Positions 24,716 through 36,652 of a stretch of 60,815 nucleotides of DNA are shown piece after piece (position 1 is the stretch's first letter; each line of letters begins with the position of its first letter). This DNA comes from Eremomyces bilateralis CBS 781.70 (taxonomy: Eukaryota): the NCBI GenBank assembly GCA_010015585.1, contig ML975156.1. One strand, given 5' to 3'. Below the pieces are notes generated by a model, which was not told the origin of the DNA, searched no databases, and worked only from the letters and a program-made list of their open reading frames with translations. Both the position numbers and the translations under genes were made by a program.

Positions 24716-26314
24716 ATGGCATGCCCATTAGTCGCACTCCCCATGGAGTTACTCCTCAATATATCATCCAACTTGATCACTACCGACCTCGGCTCATTCC
24801 GACGATCATGCAAGACGATCGAGCTCTCTCTACGCCAGGACTTTGCTCTCGAGTTCTTCACCAAGAAGCAGTTCATGCTCACCTACCCGAGCCTGAAGGC
24901 CCTGAATGACATCGCCGAACACCCCTATTTCTCCAAGATCCTCAAAAATGTGGTCATTGGACTTGACCGCTACAAGAACCGCATCTCCCGCGATATTGCC
25001 GGTTCCTCTGCCGACGAGAATGACAAGTCGTACCGATTCTACAAAGGTCGCGAGGAGCAGTTCTTCCTGATCTACTCCGGCGGTGCCCGCAACTTACTGG
25101 CGAAGGCATTCCGGAATTTGCCCGCGCTTCAAACCGTCGGCCTGCGAGATGTCAACTCCAGAGGGCGGAATCGCGATGGACATAACATGCCGTGGCACAG
25201 CTACGGTGCTCCGACCATCGTTCAAGAAACGGGTCATCAGATGGTGATGAACTCCACGTTCATGAACAGCCAAGCAGAATACCCATCCCTTGCTTTCCAA
25301 ATCCTTTTCCATGCCCTGGGAGACGCAGGAGCCAAACCGGAAATCGTCGAGGTGTTTTTGCGCATGTCCATGGCTGGACTCAACGCGGACGGGTTCTCGA
25401 TGCCGCCGCACCTCCGCCCTGCAATGGAGCCGGTTCTTGCAGGCTTGAAGACTGTCCTCCTCGCCGTCGATGGTGCATTCCTCAATACTCATGATTCGGA
25501 CGGGCTACACATTTTCCAGCAGTCCCGGAGCGACAAATTCAAACGCTTCCTACAAGCGTGCCCCAACCTCACTCACTTGCGTCTTAATTTCCAGAACAAA
25601 TCGGGGATCGACGCGTTTCTAGAATGGTTCGTCGGTTGCAGCGGTTGGGAACTGGCGAGTAAGTCTCCGTGCCAGTCTCAGCACGTCCTCCCTCCCGAGT
25701 TTCCTCATTTGAAGACCCTTGACTTCGGACTCGCCGACATCACTCCCGTCATCATCCTCCTCGCTCTCAAGCGGTACCCCACCATCACCTCCATGTCGTT
25801 CTGGAAAGTCATCCTCCGCCGCGCGAAAACCACCGACTCCACGCAACTGCACACCAACCTCGGCCGCAACCTCTGGGAATGGCTGATCCTGCAACTCAGC
25901 AAGACCAAGCTCCGCCACGTCAAAATCGGCCACGTCTCCCAACGCAAGCAGGACCGCGGGTGCGATCGCGTCTGCTTCAAGAAATCCGGTCAGCGGCCCC
26001 TGAGCGCGAAGGAGTTGCTTTATGAGGTCGAACACCGGGGGTCCGATATGGAGAAATACCTGGCCACGCTGGCGGGGGACGTCGTGAGGCTGACTAAGGG
26101 GTTCCGGGAGGCCATGGTGAAGGATCATGCGGCTTATGTGGCCGCGGCGAATGGAGAGCCCCTGCCTGATGATGGGGATGCGGTCAATGTTGAAGATAAC
26201 TCGGACGATGTCGACGATGAGGTCGATGATTTGGAGGACAGCGATGATGAGGATGGATATGGGCTTCTCGACGACGACTCGGAGGAGGAGATTTCGGACT
26301 TGGAGGATGAATAA
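24716..26314 (+). CDS. F-box domain protein with LRR-like region and acidic C-terminus
   Basis: 532-aa ORF; N-terminal LVALPMELLLNISSNL..DLGSFRRSCK F-box pattern; Asp/Glu-rich tail. Confidence 0.85.
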   Translation: MACPLVALPMELLLNISSNLITTDLGSFRRSCKTIELSLRQDFALEFFTKKQFMLTYPSLKALNDIAEHPYFSKILKNVVIGLDRYKNRISRDIAGSSADENDKSYRFYKGREEQFFLIYSGGARNLLAKAFRNLPALQTVGLRDVNSRGRNRDGHNMPWHSYGAPTIVQETGHQMVMNSTFMNSQAEYPSLAFQILFHALGDAGAKPEIVEVFLRMSMAGLNADGFSMPPHLRPAMEPVLAGLKTVLLAVDGAFLNTHDSDGLHIFQQSRSDKFKRFLQACPNLTHLRLNFQNKSGIDAFLEWFVGCSGWELASKSPCQSQHVLPPEFPHLKTLDFGLADITPVIILLALKRYPTITSMSFWKVILRRAKTTDSTQLHTNLGRNLWEWLILQLSKTKLRHVKIGHVSQRKQDRGCDRVCFKKSGQRPLSAKELLYEVEHRGSDMEKYLATLAGDVVRLTKGFREAMVKDHAAYVAAANGEPLPDDGDAVNVEDNSDDVDDEVDDLEDSDDEDGYGLLDDDSEEEISDLEDE

Positions 26315-27062
26315 GCTTTGAAACGGCACAATAGATGGATGTCATCGGATGGAAGTGCAACGATGGAGTTATCAAGGTTGGGGTCAGGTTGATAGACGGG
26401 GATTGATGCGGGATACCCACCCAGTCTGTCGAATGGAATGAACATGTTCATAGAAATCATGAGCTGGATGTACCTAGCTATTGAGCATTATGTAGCTTAA
26501 ATAAGAAACATTGACGAAAGGCCGAGCGCCATGTTTGGTATGTGAGAAGCGTGGCATACCGTTTTCTCTTCCATCTAAGCGCTGAATATGACATATCCTC
26601 TTCTTCCCATTTCTTCTGCTCCCTACCTATATAAACGGTACCTTAAGTGAGATGAATTGCTCACTTGCCTCTCTGATTGACACCCACACCGGCCTTCTGC
26701 CTTCAAGCTCGTTTCAAGGAGTCGTCTGAATAGTCTTTCAATCGCACTAGTACGTCCTTCGCAACAAGTTTACAGCACATCTTCTCTCGTCGTAATCTCA
26801 CTCGGGCGATGGCAATGTAGTGCTACTTAGTCAACTTCATGGAGTATAGCATCACAAGCATTGAATCTCACGCTGGGATCCTTCAAGTTTACCTCATCAC
26901 AAGGTATGTCTAAATCCTCGCTCCGCATCTACTCTTGCCTATCATCATATGCAGCCCACCTCTGTACTATTCTCATCCTCTCCGTCTATGTTTACGGGCG
27001 AATGACAAGTGATATGATGTAATCCTAGTAGTATATAACGATTAATTAGAGAACCCCTAATT

Positions 27063-27175
27063 AGAACGGTCGGCCGAGTGGTGGGACTATATGAAGTCCT
27101 GAGGCCAGTGGATTCGCCTGTGCATTGATCAACAAACAATTCTACAGTACCAGGTCCGATCCCTGGACCTGTTCT
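27063..27175 (+). ncRNA. Aberrant tRNA-like element (Pol III gene or pseudo-tRNA)
   Basis: A-box-like GGCCGAGTGG; T-arm CCAGG-TCCGATC-CCTGG; anticodon-like stem GTGGA/TCTAC around an intron-sized loop; terminal pairing AGAACGGT/ACC(T)GTTCT; T-runs at 27188-27192 and 27205-27211. Confidence 0.6.
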
Positions 27176-27611
27176 CTTCTTTCTGTGTTTTTGGTTCTTA
27201 TTTATTTTTTTCCTTCTGCTTTCATCACTTCGCATCTGAAACATATCTCCCACTCGTATGCTCCCTCACTGAAAACTTCTACCTAGTGAGACTTTCACCT
27301 TTCATGACGGTTCGCAACAACCTAAGCTAACTGACCAAATCTGACAGCCGAATCAGTGGCCGTATCATATCTTCGTGTGAATCGCCTGGCACCCTGCATC
27401 TTATTGAGTCCTCTCCCCAGCCTTACATTACTCAGACCGATCTCATCGTGAGATGGTTGGAAGCAGCTACTTAAAGCAACCCTTACATCTCATATTCTCC
27501 ATGAATTAACACTGAACTCGATCGTTGCCACCTCATTCCCGATTCCATTGCCTTCTAACTCGTCCCATCGCACTAAATCCACTGATCTCGACCCCTTCCC
27601 CAATCACAATC

Positions 27612-28900
27612 ATGCGTATCGAAGAACCTACCCCGTCATCCCGCATCGCCATGTCGAATGAGGACGATGAAGGCAACTATACTGGACCAGAGGTTACCTT
27701 TAGGGATAAATTTCTTCGCCTTATCAGATATGAGCCATCTCAATCTTTGGATACTTCCATTTCACTTTAGCCCCGCATATTACTTGCATGATGACCTCCA
27801 GATTACTGCGTTGACTTCGAACCTTCGTCCGTCGGGCCTGATAAAACGGCTACTCAACCAGGGAAATCCCTAGCAAATATAGACAAGCCTCGCCATGGTT
27901 CCCGACCCTGAGTGATCTTCCGGCTTTATTACCGGTCGGAGGGTGAGTTTGGACGTGCTTCACCAGGTGTTCACTTAAGCGACCACTGATGAATGCTCTG
28001 AGATAACTATTGAAGGCTAATGTGGGAGCAGAAGACATCATGAGCACCCAACCAAGGAATACAACAAAAATGGTCTTCGATGATCACAATGTTATCTATC
28101 TTCCTTCTACTGAGGGTAGTAATACCAACACTGAAAGCACTGATCGTAACGCCCTGTTCGTCCGAAACACCGACGATGATGATAGCGCAGAGAGGCCGGG
28201 AGGCGCCTTATCCGAAGAACCCATTACGTGTTCGGTTTTCAGAATGCTCCTTGGAAAACCCACCGACTTGCCCACTACGACGCAAAGTGGGGTGAACGGC
28301 GGGATCCTCGACGAAGACTGCCTCATCGAGTTACTTGACGAAGTCAATGCCGGACGGCTTGCCAACGGGAAGAACCCGGTAGAGTATCTAAGCGTGACAA
28401 AGCAGATGACGGGACAACCTGGGCCCAAGAAGAGAATCAGCCTACTTGGCACCCTGGAGCCTACAACGCATGGCACACCAGCGACACCTAGCTATCTACC
28501 AACACCGAAATCTGCTACGGCTCCTGCGAAGCCCAAAACCTCTCATCCGCCCAAGAATGCAACGGAAAAGTCTAAGCCAGGTCCGAAGCCTGACAAAAAG
28601 AAGCTCAACCCCATCAAGGGCTCTGGCCATAAAACCGCGAAGTGAAAAACAACACTTCCACCGACGCCGCCTCCGGCTGGGCAGCGAACGAGGGCAGGAC
28701 GAGGGGGAAGAGATACAGGAGCTAGAAAAGTAACTGGATGAAAGGCGGGAGAAACTAGCAAGGTTGGAGAATGGATGGAGGAAGAAATTGGTAAGTTACA
28801 TATCAAGATAGAGGTGACCAAATGGAATTCGGCTAGCAAAGTGACGTAGCGGCACAAGGAGGAGGGATTTATGTGGCAAATTCAGGAGGCCGATGAGGAT
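27612..28900 (+). pseudogene. Decayed lineage-specific gene (Lys/Pro-rich region followed by a coiled-coil-like segment)
   Basis: ORF pieces 27612-27770 and 28010-28645 continue in coding-like sequence broken by stops (AAG TGA AAA; EIQELEK*LDERREKLARLE); residual GTGAGT/GTAAGT donors. Boundaries approximate. Confidence 0.4.
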
Positions 28901-29333
28901 ATCGTGAGCTACGAGGCGGGCGACTGATGGAACTGAACTGAGGAAGTTTGATGGGATGGAGACGTGCTTCGTGGGTTGTAAATCAACGAATCGAGGCGCA
29001 CAGTTGAACTGGACATATTTAATGGTATCTGGTTGGAAGCAGGTATTACTTAGGATCGCAGTTTGCTTCATGGACCATCTGACAAGCTGTTATATATGGA
29101 GATAGCAAGGCCATCGCAGCAGACCGAGTATCTAACTTAGCTCACATAATCAAATTTGATCAGGTCTTTTGAATTATTTTTCTCTCATTACATATTATAC
29201 AAGGTCTAGTCGAATTGCTCCATGCCATGGATGATCGGTTCATTAGGTATCTCCTTACATCTCCGTTTCACTCCTGACCGGTTCTAACAAGTTTTTCTTT
29301 TCTTTCTATCATTCGTCCTCATCATCTCATTCC

Positions 29334-30886
29334 TCAACCAGCTTGGTAGAGCCCCAGAGCACGCACATGCGGGTTGATGAAAGAGAGGTTAAACGCCGTC
29401 AAGTACGGATCGTTGTCCGTTATCGCTATGAACATGGTCCCATTCACCTGCGGGTCGCCAACGAACACCTCGCCCGCTGGTTGGTACGTGGTTCCTTGCT
29501 TGTCGCCCGTTACCTCCAGTGGCGTGTACGTGAGGTTCAACTGGGAAACCCATGCCACGAACTTCGGCTCACCCGCGGTGGTGGATGTGACGTAGCTATT
29601 GTTCGGGCCAACCGGTTGGTCCGGGTCCTCCCAGGTGAGGAAGATTTGCTTCCCGGGGAAGGAGAGTGGCTCTGAACGATTTCGAGTGATAGCAGGGCCG
29701 CAACCGTATCCGGTGACGTTGAGGTTGATGCAGGATTCGTTCTTTGGGATGGTGGAGATGGAGGGGTCCGAAGTCCGGTTTCCGACAACTTCAGAGCCGT
29801 CCGGCTTGGTGTCGTTGGGTGAGAAGCGGTTGATGTTCGGTTGGTTCATGACCCTCAAGGGAGGGAAATTCTGCCATGCGAGGCGCGTGCAGTTCTCCGG
29901 ACACGAGGAAATATATGGTGCGATGAAGGTCCACGCCCACGATTGGGGGATGCCGGTCTCGTGCCACACTGGCGCCGGATGCAGGCCGGACATCTGGCGG
30001 AATGACATCTGTTGACGGGATTCCACAGAAATGGATTGTGAAAGCAGTTGGGCGGCTTCGCGGCTGTCCAGATGGTTGATGAACCCCCAGACGCCAGCCT
30101 CAGCGAACTGGGTGAGCTTCTGGCTGAAATCGACGAATTCACGGACTGTGGTGAAGGGATAATTGTAGGTGCATTGCTTAGGAGCAGCGTCGCCGAGCAT
30201 GTTAGCCACCACAGTCGCATGTCCGATTTCTTGATCCGACATGTATGCAATAAGAGCGCGGTCTTCGGCAGTCAGACCTGCTTCAAGGAAGTCTTCTTCG
30301 CTGAAAACGGCGAGGCCGTTGTTGAAGAGATCGAGCTCAATCCACTCAACATACTCGGTGAGGGCGAGGGATTCAAAATCGAAGTCGCTGTTGACCATGT
30401 AACGCGGTTCAGTGCCATTGGTGCCAAGTCCGCCTGGTTGCCTTAGTATATTTCAGTCTTAATAAGGATATGGCACTTACCGGCCGGCATATATGGTAGA
30501 GGAGCTGGTTGCTGTAGCAGTCCATCTGAATTGTAATATGTAGCAGTAGGATCCGGCGGCTTGGGTTCCACGGACGTCGCCAACGTTGTAGGAGCCATGA
30601 CGGCACCCGTGGTAGTCGGCGTGCCCTCAAACGGACCATGGCTAGTTGGCCCGGTAAATTCGCTCTGCACAGGAGGAGGTGCTGCTCCGGACTCGGTTCC
30701 TCCAGGAGGTTCCGTTGAAACGGCGGGGACCTCTGAGTCCGGGAAGAACGATGTTGCAAGTTCTCCCTCCGGATAGGATTGTTGAATTGGGAAATCTGCA
30801 TCGCTATATCCTGGGACTTGAGGTGCAGGAATAGCCAGCCCAAAGGCGGCCAGCGAGGCGACGAGCAACGCGTTCATCGAGACCAT
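29334..30886 (-). CDS. rds1: Rds1-like secreted stress-response protein (ferritin-like domain)
   Basis: Signal peptide MVSMNALLVASLAAFGLA; intron 30480-30434; PAGGLGTNGTEPRYMVNSDFDFESLAL..EWIELDLF..DQEIGHA..ESRQQMSFRQ..LAWQNFP..GLYQAG. Confidence 0.9.
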
Positions 30887-31684
30887 TATGCAGTATCGAT
30901 ACTGTCGCAAATTGGAGGAGAAAGCCTATCGCGGTTCTACAAGCTACCTTATAACCAGATATATTCTACAGATACAGGTTTACTGTACATCACGGATAAC
31001 GACGGGATTGGGCGTGCAACCATACCGTCATCGAGGAGAGCCGGGCGGCGGGGACGCGCTTGGTTAGTTCAGGAACCCAACGTCGTTAGGACAATTTACC
31101 AGAGCCGAGTAAAGGGTGACGCAGAACTGACAGTAACGATACGAAGACACAGCAGAACGAATGAATTGGACAAGACAAGATGACGACTCTGCAATGAAAA
31201 GCTCACAAACGGACACCAGATGGCGTACCGTATGAGGAAAGCTGCCAGGATGGCAGTTTCGGTCCCAGACAAGAAAACAGCGATGCCATACGCGATATCT
31301 CAAGAGTGCAATAACTAGCTGCAATTAATGCTGATTTACGGTATGAGATTCTCGTGTGTAAAACGCTGATTAGTTCATTAAAAATGCCATGATGGTAAGA
31401 TGGCGAAATGTTGGTGAAGAATGTTCGGAGACGAGGTCGATGACGAGGGAATGGAGTCAGGGGATTACGGCACACGCTCCGAGCCTCCCGGCCCCTACCG
31501 AACTATGTTGATACCAAGTACTGCGCCACAGATATCCTCCACGATGGGCATCGAACTCAACAATTGAAGCGCTTGATATCTATAGTTATTCAGTGCTGGG
31601 AAAGCCCAAAATCACGCCAACACGGCTTTTGGCCGTTCCTAGGGCAACAGGTTGCTACGTTGCTCGATTGCTCTTCATATTGCT

Positions 31685-33835
31685 TTATCCCTTCGCCCGC
31701 CTCATCGGACCCCAATTCTTCTCCGGGTTGACCTGATATCGTACATATTTCTTCACATCCATATCCTTCCCCAACTTCTCATCGAAGACGATCTTAACTT
31801 CCTTCTGCTCTTCCTCCTCGGCCCCATTTGCTGCCATATTTTTGCCCCTCCTGCCATCTCCTTGCTGTTGCTCCTCGTCGCTCAGCGGATGAATCAACCC
31901 GGCCTTGAACAAGATCCTCCATCCGGGAGAGCCCTCACTGACCGCGCCTTCTTTGATAGGTGCTTTTTGCTTGATCCATTCGGTCATGATTCGCCAGATT
32001 ACCGACCAAGGTGCGTCGGTTTTGATGGCCCCTGGTCGTGCATGTGTCCGTGCAGCGCGGTATCCAGCATGTCGGAGTGCACCTTTGACCATGGCATCAG
32101 ATGGCGATACGCAGTGTAGCACCTTAGCCAGAGCCGTACTCGCAATGTAAAATGGATGTCTATCGACCTCAGCAGGCTCGGACTTCTGGATAATAGGGCT
32201 CGGGTCGCCGGCCGTTGGGGGATCATTCATAGGCTTGCCGTTCGCAGTGGTAACCTTTTCGGGCCCGTTGGGATCTGGAAGGTCGGATATCCTTTCATCA
32301 AGGACATTCTGTAGCATGCCCTCGATGCGCGGTACCGTCCCGTAAGTTTCGGTATCGAGCTTTGGCAGGATGTCCAACATTTTCTGCACAAAGGAGTAGT
32401 TATGTATCGGCCCTGCATACATCGGCCCGGATAGCTACTTTGCGTCAGCGCAGATATCAGCAAGTTGGTCGTCGTCACTTACATGGGTCTTGAAACCACA
32501 ATGATCACAATGCGGCTCAGCGGTCGGCGCTTGAGCAATCGAATGGCGATAATAGGGCGTCCCATTCTTGCTCCGACTATCCACGTTCCGCCCCATCAAC
32601 TGCGTCGTCCACGCCCCACAGCCAGAATCACATGAGTACACTAGCATCGTCTTCCCCGCCAAAAACTTCACCTCCATCGGCGATTTATGCACGCGGACAA
32701 ACACCCTCGCATAGAAATCGATCGAGAGCGATAGTAGCGGCTCGATGGCAATCCCATACTTAGCCCCGGCACTGGCGATCGCGTGGAGAATCAAGCGTAG
32801 TCCAGCTTCGTGGCCATGGAGTCCCTTGACGGGCATCCCTCCGTACAATGCGAAGGTCTTCTCGGGATACACCGCGGAGGCGAATACCCCAGCATCCGTG
32901 CACGTCACGCACATCAACCCGCCATCCTTCATGGCCTGTATGGCACCATCTAGGAATGGCGCAGCCGTCCCGTACGGATCGAGATCGATCACGTCGTAGC
33001 GATTCGGCTTATCGATACCGACTTGCGAGTACATGAGCGCCATCGCGTTTCCGGTGACCGGGATGATTTTCTTTGTGGTCTTGTTGTGCGTAGAATTGAG
33101 ACCTATCATCTCGGTGGCGGCGGAAGACAGGTCGTTAGCGGTGACGGAGGTTACGAAGGGGAGTTCCATGGAGTAGCGAAGGGCGCGAAGACCGGTTGCG
33201 GAGAGGGCATCGAGGATACGGAAGGGAGGGTAGTGTGGCGAAGCTGGTTGGGCGGCGTCCCCGTACGGCTCGTCTGCAGCGCGCTCAATGGTATCCGATT
33301 TGATTTGACCATTTTCTTGCGCGCCTTGATCGTTAATCGCTCTGGAAACTGCAGCATCAGAACTCTGTACATCCCCTCCTTCCTCAGCCTGCTGTTCAGC
33401 CCCAGCCACCATTTCCTCTCCCTCTGCTCCCGTCAACCTCACTCCTCCATCTTCGGTCCTTCTCTTCTTCCTTTTCGTCTTCTGCCCGTTCTCCGTTTCC
33501 ATCTTCCTTTTGCTAGGTCGAGTTGCTAGTCGGTCCTCGCCAAATGCCCGGATCCCAATCACGGTCAAATCGCGGTTAAACTGCTGAATCGGGTTGTAGA
33601 ACACGGTTTTCTTCTCGGTGTCCGCATTGCCCTTTCGCTTCCCCTGCTTCTTACTGCCAGTTCCACCTTTGCTGTCTTCAGCTTCTGGTGTTTTTTGAGG
33701 CACTAGGATATGCGCTAGCCCTTCTTTGATTGTCGTGTATAAAGTGTCGTTATGCAAGATAGCTTGGCCGGCGGATGGAGTCGCGTCGAGAGAGACAGCA
33801 GTCGAGGGAATCTCGCTGGATGTGGTTGCGTCCAT
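31685..33835 (-). CDS. TRM1: tRNA (guanine-26-N2,N2)-dimethyltransferase
   Basis: VFYNPIQQFNRDL, ILDALSATGLRALRY, DVIDLDPYGTA, PLLSLSIDFYARVFV, AIKTDAPW, YQVNPEKNWGP; intron 32482-32435; the frame stays open upstream to an ATG at 34198. Confidence 0.97.
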
Positions 33836-34431
33836 GGTTCGTTTTGCGAGGGCTTGATCACAGTCAAAATTTGAAGTGCTGTGTATCAATGCTATACGGT
33901 TAATGTTCAATTGAGGGGCGAAAGTTCGGGTGCCAAATGCACTTATAATCCTTTTCCGTGGTTGAGTTGGATTTGGAAACCGACAGCAGTTATGTGCCCA
34001 AAGAGCGGCCCGCCGCTGTGCAGAAGTATACCAGAGCGCCAGCCTGAAAGTAGCTGATACCCAAGAATTAACACAGCTTGGTACAAAGTGAAGGATTGAC
34101 AGATTGAAAGTCAAGGCGCAAGTGACTCGATAGAAATCTTTGACGTCGAATGAAGCCAGACAATTTTTGTGGGGCCGATCGCGAACTTCCTTCACCATGA
34201 GATTGTGTCGACATGAAGACTAATATCCACTGTTGCTACGAGAGTTATGACATTATCAATTCTTATTAAATGCACACATTTCGTGGTCATCGGATATATA
34301 TTATGACTTTGAATTCAATTTTTCTTGATATTCTACAAGAGATTGAAGAGTCCCAAGTTTGCCCTTCAAAAGAGTCCTACCCATAGATCCATCTCAAGGA
34401 CCGTCTGGAATCCCCATTTCGTTGTCCTGAT

Positions 34432-34917
34432 TCATGTTGACTGGGAAAACTCCGAAGTCTGGATAAGACCTTTTTGAAGCAAAGCTGGAATCGCTGTCTG
34501 ATGAGTCCACTCCGTGCATTTGACAAGCGGAGGAGCTATTTCGTCTGGTCCGTAGAACGCGCCATCTGAACCGCACCGCTCGTACTTCATGGTTTGTATA
34601 TTGAAGCGTCTTTGGCGTGGCGGCGTAGGGAGGGACCTGAGAAGCGCATCGAATGCTTCTGGATAGCTAGACGAGGTAACCCAGCCCAGGTAATGTACGG
34701 CGTGAAAGGTCTCCAATAGGTCTGGCTTGGATTCCATTTCTCGCAAGTAAGTCATGCCGGTTTCAGACACGACGTCGCCGTTGACATGGTGTTTATAACC
34801 AGACCCATCCGAGCCAGTCTCGACGAAGATGACGTTGTGATATCTCGTTTCTTTGAACTCGGGGTCTTGCAGGGCAAGCTTGTACTCGACTCGATACAAT
34901 TTGTACGCTGAGGCCAT
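34432..34917 (-). CDS. Small fungal protein, DUF6540-like
   Basis: YHNVIFVETGSDGSGYKHHVNGDV..GMTY..P..LGWV..PTPPRQ..KCTEWT; start at ATG 34917 (or 34929). Confidence 0.7.
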   Translation of the reverse strand: MASAYKLYRVEYKLALQDPEFKETRYHNVIFVETGSDGSGYKHHVNGDVVSETGMTYLREMESKPDLLETFHAVHYLGWVTSSSYPEAFDALLRSLPTPPRQRRFNIQTMKYERCGSDGAFYGPDEIAPPLVKCTEWTHQTAIPALLQKGLIQTSEFSQST

Positions 34918-35603
34918 TATCTTCGACATGCCGTGCAAATTTTGGGGCGGCTGGAGTATAGATTTGACGCCAGGATTCAAATAATACCAAAAGACTCCAA
35001 TGATGAGTCCCGTCTGTTAGATTCCCTAAGGAGACTAGATGTCGAGTTTCACAAGTGCGTTGGAACCAAAAGTTGCGGCACAGCACATATGACCAGGAAA
35101 GCCAATACTACTCAACATTCTCAGTCTGATCTTTCATTTAACGTTTCAAGTCTGAGTTGATCATACATGAGCGGTTTTCAGAACCGCAATCGTGTCCTTG
35201 ATATCGGGAGTCAATACTACTAATACTCCTGACGCGACTCGGTGTCCCTCATTTTCAATGACTTAGCGCCTGCCCTCCAGTGTTGGGAGCGCTGGTTTTG
35301 TATACCTAATACCTTGAGATTTTGATATTTTATGCATAGTCGCTTTTGAATTTTGAGTCTAGGTGTTTTGCTATATTTCATTCGGAATAGCGGGCTGCAT
35401 GGCTTTGACCGGCGGTGCTTGAATATCTTGCAAAGGTTATCCTAATTACTTAATTCTCATCATGTACTCACTCAAATGTTTTTGCCGGATCCCGCTCTGC
35501 AGTATAAAGATTGCTTGCCCCCCAGCTCCTGTTATATATCCTCCGCATGCATTTCATATTGGACTTCGTCCAGGCATTTCAACAACAAGCACGCGCAGTT
35601 ACT

Positions 35604-36310
35604 ATGGGCATGGAGTAAGAACTTCCCCTGAACTATTCGAACCCACTGCTTAGAACATACTCATAGAACCTCACTGGGCCCAGTCGAGTATGTTGTTGCG
35701 GGAAATAATCCAGGGGAGTGGCTCGAGGTGAAACGAGCCGTGCTATTACAATCGCCGGTCTTAAAGGGATGGATCGAGGACCCCACCACCTGTCCCTTCA
35801 GGAAAGACGGGGCGATTCATCTGGACGCCTGTGAACCCGAGGTGGTGAAGGAGGTGTTTTTCCAGATGGAGAACGGTTACTTCGAGCGGCAACATGGTGC
35901 GTTGACCTACGCCAGAATTTACAAGCTTGCTCTGGCACTTGGGTATGTCGGTCGAAAGTGCTGTCGTGAAATTGCATTAACAAAATTCTTAAATCAGCCT
36001 TAGCATCCTAGGCCACGTGGCCCTGTTTGCTTTGAAAAGATGCAGTTTCAGCGCGGAAACGTTTCTGGATATTGCCATCAAAGCAGCCTCTGATGGGCTC
36101 CAAGACGACCGCGACTTTCGAGATTGGATCACAGAGACTTTTATCGATCACCGTGGGGAGATCAAGAGGTCCCATGCCTTCTCCATGGTCATTACGCAAG
36201 GAAGTCAGAATACACGCCTCTTGTACGAACTATTAATGACTTGTCTTGTGTCCGCGGAGAGGGATAGAGACATCAATAGGCACGGAGAGAAAGGTCGGCT
36301 GTCCTTATGA
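35604..36310 (+). CDS. Small BTB/POZ-like domain protein
   Basis: Exons 35604-35614, 35667-35942, 35998-36310 splice in frame; EVKRAVLLQSPVL..IHLDACEPEVV..YARIYKLALALGL..DDRDFRDWI. Confidence 0.7.
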
Positions 36311-36652
36311 GAGGCTTGAGCTGGATATGAGTGGACTGCGTCTCGCAGCTCTCTATTGTTGGATTACTTTCGGATAGTAGTGTCATGCGAGTACTGGAGG
36401 ATCATTGCATGCCCGTTACAATCCTCTCTACTCGGTTATCTTTTAATAGTACATAACTAGCTATGACTATTTGCGTTCATAATTCATTAATCTCGTTTCT
36501 CCTATAGGGCCATTTAACACAACCATTAAGACACGACATCAGATTTCAGGCGTACTTGACCGTTCGTTAAAGACTAGAAGTTAGACGAAGGAAATGAGCG
36601 AGCACCGTGATTCGAATATTACCCCTGACGAAGCCAGATCGATCTCAATCCC

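Noticed and set aside
26620..27020. Small spliced gene or snoRNA host (TATA box, GTATGT donor)
   Set aside because: No convincing reading frame or box C/D pair could be assembled.
27063..27175. Selenocysteine tRNA
   Set aside because: No TCA anticodon in position and no long variable arm; ascomycetes are not known to use Sec.
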